This document shows positions 59,644 through 64,000 of a stretch of 64,000 nt of DNA, one piece after another. Every line of letters begins with the position of its first letter. The first letter of the stretch is position 1. A program made the position numbers and the translations under genes. Source of the DNA: Nitrospirota bacterium (GTDB lineage: Bacteria; Nitrospinota_A; UBA7883; JACRGQ01); the NCBI GenBank assembly GCA_024275955.1, contig JAJRYD010000029.1, positions 4,500 through 68,499 on the forward strand, given 5' to 3'. A model generated the notes under the pieces. That model was given only the letters and a program-made list of their open reading frames with translations. It did not search any database and was not told the origin of the DNA.

Positions 59644-61017
59644 ATGCGTATAAGACAGGGTATAGCTTGGGCTAGGCTTCAGGTATCCGAAGCGATGGTA
59701 TTGCTGTTCGTTGGGGTAATATCAGCTGGGACATTGCTTTTGCTTTTGCCTGTTTCCCGCCTAAAGCCTATCTCCTTTGTCGATGCTGTTTTTACGGCGA
59801 CATCCGCGACTTGCGTTACAGGACTTCTTACCATTAACGTCGCTGAAAATTTTACACTTTTCGGGCAGGCGGTAATACTGGTGCTTATACAGTTTGGGGG
59901 GCTTGGCATAATATTCGTCTCAACTATCTTTATGCTTGTGCTTGGAAGGGCTGTTTCGTACCGCGACTCGGCAATGGTTTACAGTAGCTTTAGCACATCG
60001 CACAGTATAAATTTTGAAAAGCTCATTTACTCTATTCTGGTACTCGTATTCGGTTTTGAACTGCTTGGAACCATCCTTCTTACATCGGCATGGTACGGAG
60101 AGTACGGTTTTAAGATAGCTTTTTTTACAGCACTTTTTCATTCGATATCGGCATTTTGCAACGCCGGTATTTCTATTCTTCCAGAAGGGCTTAAAGGTTT
60201 TGACAGCCGTCCATTCGTCGACACCATAGTTATGATGCAAATAGCTTTCGGGGCAACAGGTTTTTTTGTCTTTAGAGAACTTTACGAACGGTTCAAGTAC
60301 CAATCAGTCAAAAGGCGGGTATGGTCGCTTCAGTCTAGGCTTATGATGCTATATACCGCAATCTTTGTTATTGCCGGAACCATCGGTTTTTTGTTTTTTG
60401 AATACCACAACACTCTTTCCCAGATGCCTTTTGGGCAGAAAATAATGAATTCCCTTTTTCATTCTATATCCGGGCGCACTGCCGGTTTTTCCAATCTTGA
60501 TGTCGGCGAGTTTAACCCGACTACTCTTTATATGTTTATCATATTCATGTTCATAGGCGGCGCTCCCGGGTCGGTCGCCGGCGGAATAAAAATAACTACG
60601 TTCGCTGTGTTAATCGGTCTTGCGGTTTCCCGCTATAAGGGCAACGAGCATGTTAATATTTTTAACCACACTATACCGGAGACGATAGTTTCAAGGTCTA
60701 TCTCCATTGTGTTCATATCATTCGCGGTTGTGACGGTGTTCCTGTTTCTTCTGCTTATAACGGAAGGGAGTAACCCTGCCTTTAGTAGCGGCAGGCATGG
60801 AGCGTTTCTTGATATTCTTTTTGAAACGGTGTCGGCCAACGGAACGGTAGGATTAAGCACCGGCATAACTTCGTCGCTTTCCGTTACCGGGAAATGGCTT
60901 GTAATACTTCTTATGCTTATAGGCAGGCTGGGGCCGCTTACAGTAGCTATGGCAGTTGGAAGCAGAAGGAGAACAGCAAGGTATAAGTTGTCGGAAGAAA
61001 GCGTTATGGTAGGATAA
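59644..61017 (+). CDS. TrkH/KtrB potassium uptake membrane subunit
   Basis: Four filter motifs (CVTGL, CNAGI, RTAGF, TVGLS) plus GGIKITT and GRLGPLT. Confidence 0.93.
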   Translation: MRIRQGIAWARLQVSEAMVLLFVGVISAGTLLLLLPVSRLKPISFVDAVFTATSATCVTGLLTINVAENFTLFGQAVILVLIQFGGLGIIFVSTIFMLVLGRAVSYRDSAMVYSSFSTSHSINFEKLIYSILVLVFGFELLGTILLTSAWYGEYGFKIAFFTALFHSISAFCNAGISILPEGLKGFDSRPFVDTIVMMQIAFGATGFFVFRELYERFKYQSVKRRVWSLQSRLMMLYTAIFVIAGTIGFLFFEYHNTLSQMPFGQKIMNSLFHSISGRTAGFSNLDVGEFNPTTLYMFIIFMFIGGAPGSVAGGIKITTFAVLIGLAVSRYKGNEHVNIFNHTIPETIVSRSISIVFISFAVVTVFLFLLLITEGSNPAFSSGRHGAFLDILFETVSANGTVGLSTGITSSLSVTGKWLVILLMLIGRLGPLTVAMAVGSRRRTARYKLSEESVMVG

Positions 61018-61118
61018 CGTCTTTCGGTTGATGGTTCCTATCTATTTGAAAATAGTATAGTTAAAATTTCGTATTTTCGTCAATTTTCGGTTTGCCACAC
61101 ACGCAATTTTTTCTATGG

Positions 61119-62372
61119 TTATTTCGCCCGTTTTTGGCGCATATTCAATATCGTGGTTTTCCGGGCCACGTCTATTTCTGGGGCATATACACTATCGATC
61201 ATTCCCTTCGTGTTCCCCAATATGGAGGCGGTATCGGATGAGCTCACCCCTGCATTTTTTAGCTGCTGTGCCATTGAGTGACGGACAAAAACATTAAGCG
61301 TTACTGTTGGATAACCGGCTTTAGTTGCCGCATCTTTGTATATTGCCCCTAGGATTGGGTGGGTGTATGGAGTCCGTTCCCCTTTTTTACAGTGCTTGGT
61401 AGTTCTTTTGGCCTTGTACTGGAAGATGTAGCTAGAAGGGCCAGCATTGGGGATGAGTGTCATTGAATCTCGTACTGCCTTCATCACCTTTGCAGATAAA
61501 GGGAACTCTAACCCCGCTTTGTCCTGGTCTTTCGGGAAATCTTTATAGCTCTCAATGCCGCTGGTGTTGAAGGCTCCGCTCAATATGTGTACCTGCTGTT
61601 TAAAATTAACGTCCTTAATCTTCACCGCTCTAGCTTCGTTCATTCGTCGACTTGTACCTTCTAGGAAGATAAAAATATGTATATCTTCTTCGGGGATGTG
61701 ATGCAATATCTCTGCTTGCTGATCCCCGTTTAAACCTTTTTTTCTTTTCTTCTGGACTCTCACTGAAGGCTTGGGTACAGGGGCCACGATATCGCCTCTT
61801 TTGTATGCCCAGTTAAGCACCTGCATAAGGTTGTCAATAATCTTCTTTTTAAAAGAATCTTTAAAATACTCCTGCTTACTGTGCTTTTTTCGCAACGTGC
61901 CTAGATGTTCTTTGAAATCTTCAAGAAGGGGGTAGCTTATATCCGCAACATCATATTTATCTAAAAACGAAAGATATGTATTTATCGTAGCTTCCTTATG
62001 CTGGTAACTGCCGATAGACAGCCAGCCATCAGAACCGGGCTTCAATTCCGTTCTGGCCTTCATCTTTTCTAAATAGAAAATCTTGTAGTTTACAAACTTG
62101 TACTTATTTCGCTGGCCACTTTCCCATTTCTTGGGATTAAAGGAGCCATCACTGATTTGAGACACAAGCAATTGTTTCTCGGACACCGCTTTTAAAAGAG
62201 ATAGCGTATCTCCATCACGGTCGTGGTATCTCTCTATAGACACCTTTTCGCGTCTCCACCGCCCCCGAATACGAATATAGACCTTGTTGGGGATTGTAAA
62301 GATGGTCGAGACGAATTTTAAAAAGAAGACTCTGATTATCACGCTCTTTTGCCTGCATAAAATCACTCGCAT
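61119..62372 (-). CDS. Tyrosine recombinase / phage-type integrase (divergent)
   Basis: TSRRMNE (R), FPKD (K), VFVRHS (R), LGN, VYA (Y). The start is uncertain. Confidence 0.75.
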   Translation of the reverse strand: MRVILCRQKSVIIRVFFLKFVSTIFTIPNKVYIRIRGRWRREKVSIERYHDRDGDTLSLLKAVSEKQLLVSQISDGSFNPKKWESGQRNKYKFVNYKIFYLEKMKARTELKPGSDGWLSIGSYQHKEATINTYLSFLDKYDVADISYPLLEDFKEHLGTLRKKHSKQEYFKDSFKKKIIDNLMQVLNWAYKRGDIVAPVPKPSVRVQKKRKKGLNGDQQAEILHHIPEEDIHIFIFLEGTSRRMNEARAVKIKDVNFKQQVHILSGAFNTSGIESYKDFPKDQDKAGLEFPLSAKVMKAVRDSMTLIPNAGPSSYIFQYKAKRTTKHCKKGERTPYTHPILGAIYKDAATKAGYPTVTLNVFVRHSMAQQLKNAGVSSSDTASILGNTKGMIDSVYAPEIDVARKTTILNMRQKRAK

Positions 62373-62440
62373 TTTTTGGGAAGTTCTGTGGAGGCAAGTA
62401 CAAGCCCCAGCTTTTTAAGGTGAATCGCTCATTCCTTGCA

Positions 62441-62449
62441 ATTATAACA
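62441..62449 (-). promoter_or_regulatory. Extended -10 promoter upstream of the recombinase
   Basis: TGTTATAAT on the minus strand, with TTTAAA 17 nt upstream of the hexamer. Confidence 0.4.
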
Positions 62450-62653
62450 GGCTGAATTCACACTTTAAATCAATACCTATAGGGGTAATAGAGCTTTTCA
62501 GGGACGACTAGTTAAGCTACCAGATTTCTAGGCTGTCCAAAAGCTGTGGGCATTTCTCGGCATTAGATATTTCGCGACACTTGGGCTTACCGCAGGCGGC
62601 AACTGCGCGTCGGCTAGAAGCATATTTTCTGCCAGTGAGGGCTGTTGTGGTTG

Positions 62654-64000
62654 TTAAGCGTGGGTGAGGCGGAGCAGTTCTTCCAGTGTGGTCTCTCCCT
62701 TTATCAGCAGTTTGGCGGCGTTTTGCTGAAGGGTTGTCATTCCCGCCTTTATAGCTTTTGCTCTTATCGTTTCTTCTTCTGTTTTGCCGTCTATAAGCGC
62801 TCGGATGTTGTCAGTCATCTCTAGCAGTTCGTGTATGCCTGTTCTGCCGTAGTAGCCGGTTTTCCGGCATTTTTCACAGCCTGTTCCCTTAAAGAATTTT
62901 AGACCGCTGTCGCTTTTAATGCCGACAGCTGTTAACGCCTCTTCCGGGTAGTTCGCTGGTTTTTTGCAATCATTGCAGACAACCCGTATAAGCCGTTGCG
63001 ACAAGATGCCGTTTAACGCTGTTTTCATAAGAAACGGGTCTATGCCTAAATCGTACAGCCTAGTGAGTGACGAGACGGTGTCGTTCGTATGCAGGGTTGA
63101 TATTACCATATGTCCGGTTAGCGCCGCCTGCACCGCGTTCTCTGCTGTTTCGGGGTCGCGTATTTCGCCTATCATTATTATGTCTGGGTCTTGTCTTAGT
63201 ATAGCCCTTAGGGCATGAGCGAATGTAAGCTCTATCGACGGCTGTACGCCGAGCTGATTAAACTCCGGCACTACCATCTCTATAGGGTCTTCTATCGTTA
63301 CGATATTTTTTTCTGCTGAGCTTAGGAACTTGAGCGAGGAGTATAGCGTGCTGGTTTTGCCGGAACCTGTAGGGCCTGTTACCAGCACTACCCCGTACGG
63401 TTTTTTAAGAAGCGTTTTATAACGGCTAAGCTCACGCGCGGGGAAGCCGAGCGAATCGAGGTCGCGGTATGCCATTTCGTAATCGAAGATACGCACCACC
63501 ACCTTTTCGCCGAACGCGACAGGGAGAACCGATACGCGCATCTCCACCTCTTTTTCGTTGTGGCTTATTTTAATTCTTCCATCCTGCGGGCGGCGCTTTT
63601 CGGAGATGTCCATTCTGGCGAGCAGTTTAATTCTCGATACGATAGCGGAGTGTACAGCTTTTGGGAACCTGTATGTGTCGATAAGCATTCCATCTATACG
63701 GTTGCGCACTATTGTTTCGCCTCTTTTTGGTTCTATATGTATATCGCTGGAGCGGATGTTAAGCGCGTCGCGGAAAAGCGAGTCGACCGCGTTTTGAATA
63801 TGCTTGTCGGTGGAAGATACTTCCGCCTCGGATCTTATGTGGGCCAGCTGTTCAAGGTTGCCGAGGTCTACCGAAAGGCCGGTTACGTCGTCTTCCGCCT
63901 GTTGCATCGTTTTGCTGAACGAGAAGAACTGGTTTATTATTTTCTCTATGTCGGTTCTAGTGGAGATGACGAGGTCTATCTTCATTCCTGAAACCATTTT
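62654..64000 (-). CDS. GspE/PilB-family secretion ATPase (5' partial)
   Basis: Motifs SDIHIEP, RRPQDGR, GPTGSGKT, TIEDPIE and LRQDPD..IGEIRD, plus a tetracysteine Zn motif. Confidence 0.93.
   Translation of the reverse strand, partial: KMVSGMKIDLVISTRTDIEKIINQFFSFSKTMQQAEDDVTGLSVDLGNLEQLAHIRSEAEVSSTDKHIQNAVDSLFRDALNIRSSDIHIEPKRGETIVRNRIDGMLIDTYRFPKAVHSAIVSRIKLLARMDISEKRRPQDGRIKISHNEKEVEMRVSVLPVAFGEKVVVRIFDYEMAYRDLDSLGFPARELSRYKTLLKKPYGVVLVTGPTGSGKTSTLYSSLKFLSSAEKNIVTIEDPIEMVVPEFNQLGVQPSIELTFAHALRAILRQDPDIIMIGEIRDPETAENAVQAALTGHMVISTLHTNDTVSSLTRLYDLGIDPFLMKTALNGILSQRLIRVVCNDCKKPANYPEEALTAVGIKSDSGLKFFKGTGCEKCRKTGYYGRTGIHELLEMTDNIRALIDGKTEEETIRAKAIKAGMTTLQQNAAKLLIKGETTLEELLRLTHA

Noticed and set aside
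1-64000. Genome-wide stop-codon reassignment to explain the in-frame TAA/TGA codons
   Set aside because: TAA, TAG and TGA all terminate conserved genes at family-expected ends (e.g. valS and coaD TAA, ilvC and gltA TAG, aspC and thyX TGA).
1-64000. CRISPR arrays, rRNA, tRNA, recognisable riboswitches
   Set aside because: I saw no regularly spaced repeats, cloverleaf motifs or riboswitch consensus by eye. A covariance-model scan was not possible.

Overview
Gene-dense bacterial chromosome segment, estimated by eye at mid-40s % GC. The gene content suggests a diderm lineage resembling Nitrospinota or Desulfobacterota, but this is inference only. The backbone is housekeeping: ilvBNC-psd-pssA, uvrD, ubiA-like, radC, gltA, aroF, dinG, split transketolase, coaD, aspC, rluD, lgt, thyX, valS, bamD, ktrB/trkH and a partial GspE/PilB ATPase. 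Signalling genes are unusually rich. They include a HEAT-repeat class III cyclase next to a stand-alone cNMP-binding protein and a pentaheme cytochrome c, two tandem proteins built from MshEN-like (c-di-GMP-binding) repeats, and a CBS-PAS-GGDEF cyclase. There is also a MinD/FlhG-like ATPase fused to a ~950-aa charged helix, divergent from an unannotated mini-FlgM. A chemosensory cluster holds two MshEN-containing CheAs, an HPt-CheW fusion and a RomR/PopZ-like regulator beside valS. Reading beyond the ORF track shows motility and chemotaxis decay: a frameshifted cheB relic interrupted by a 129-bp MITE (second copy at 58.4 kb with a 6-bp target duplication), a cheX fragment in frame behind cheR, and single in-frame TAA codons in cheA1 and in the MinD-coiled-coil gene. 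Accessory elements are hicB-hicA plus an unknown third gene, an orphan PD-(D/E)xK nuclease and a divergent tyrosine recombinase. No rRNA, tRNA or CRISPR array was seen.
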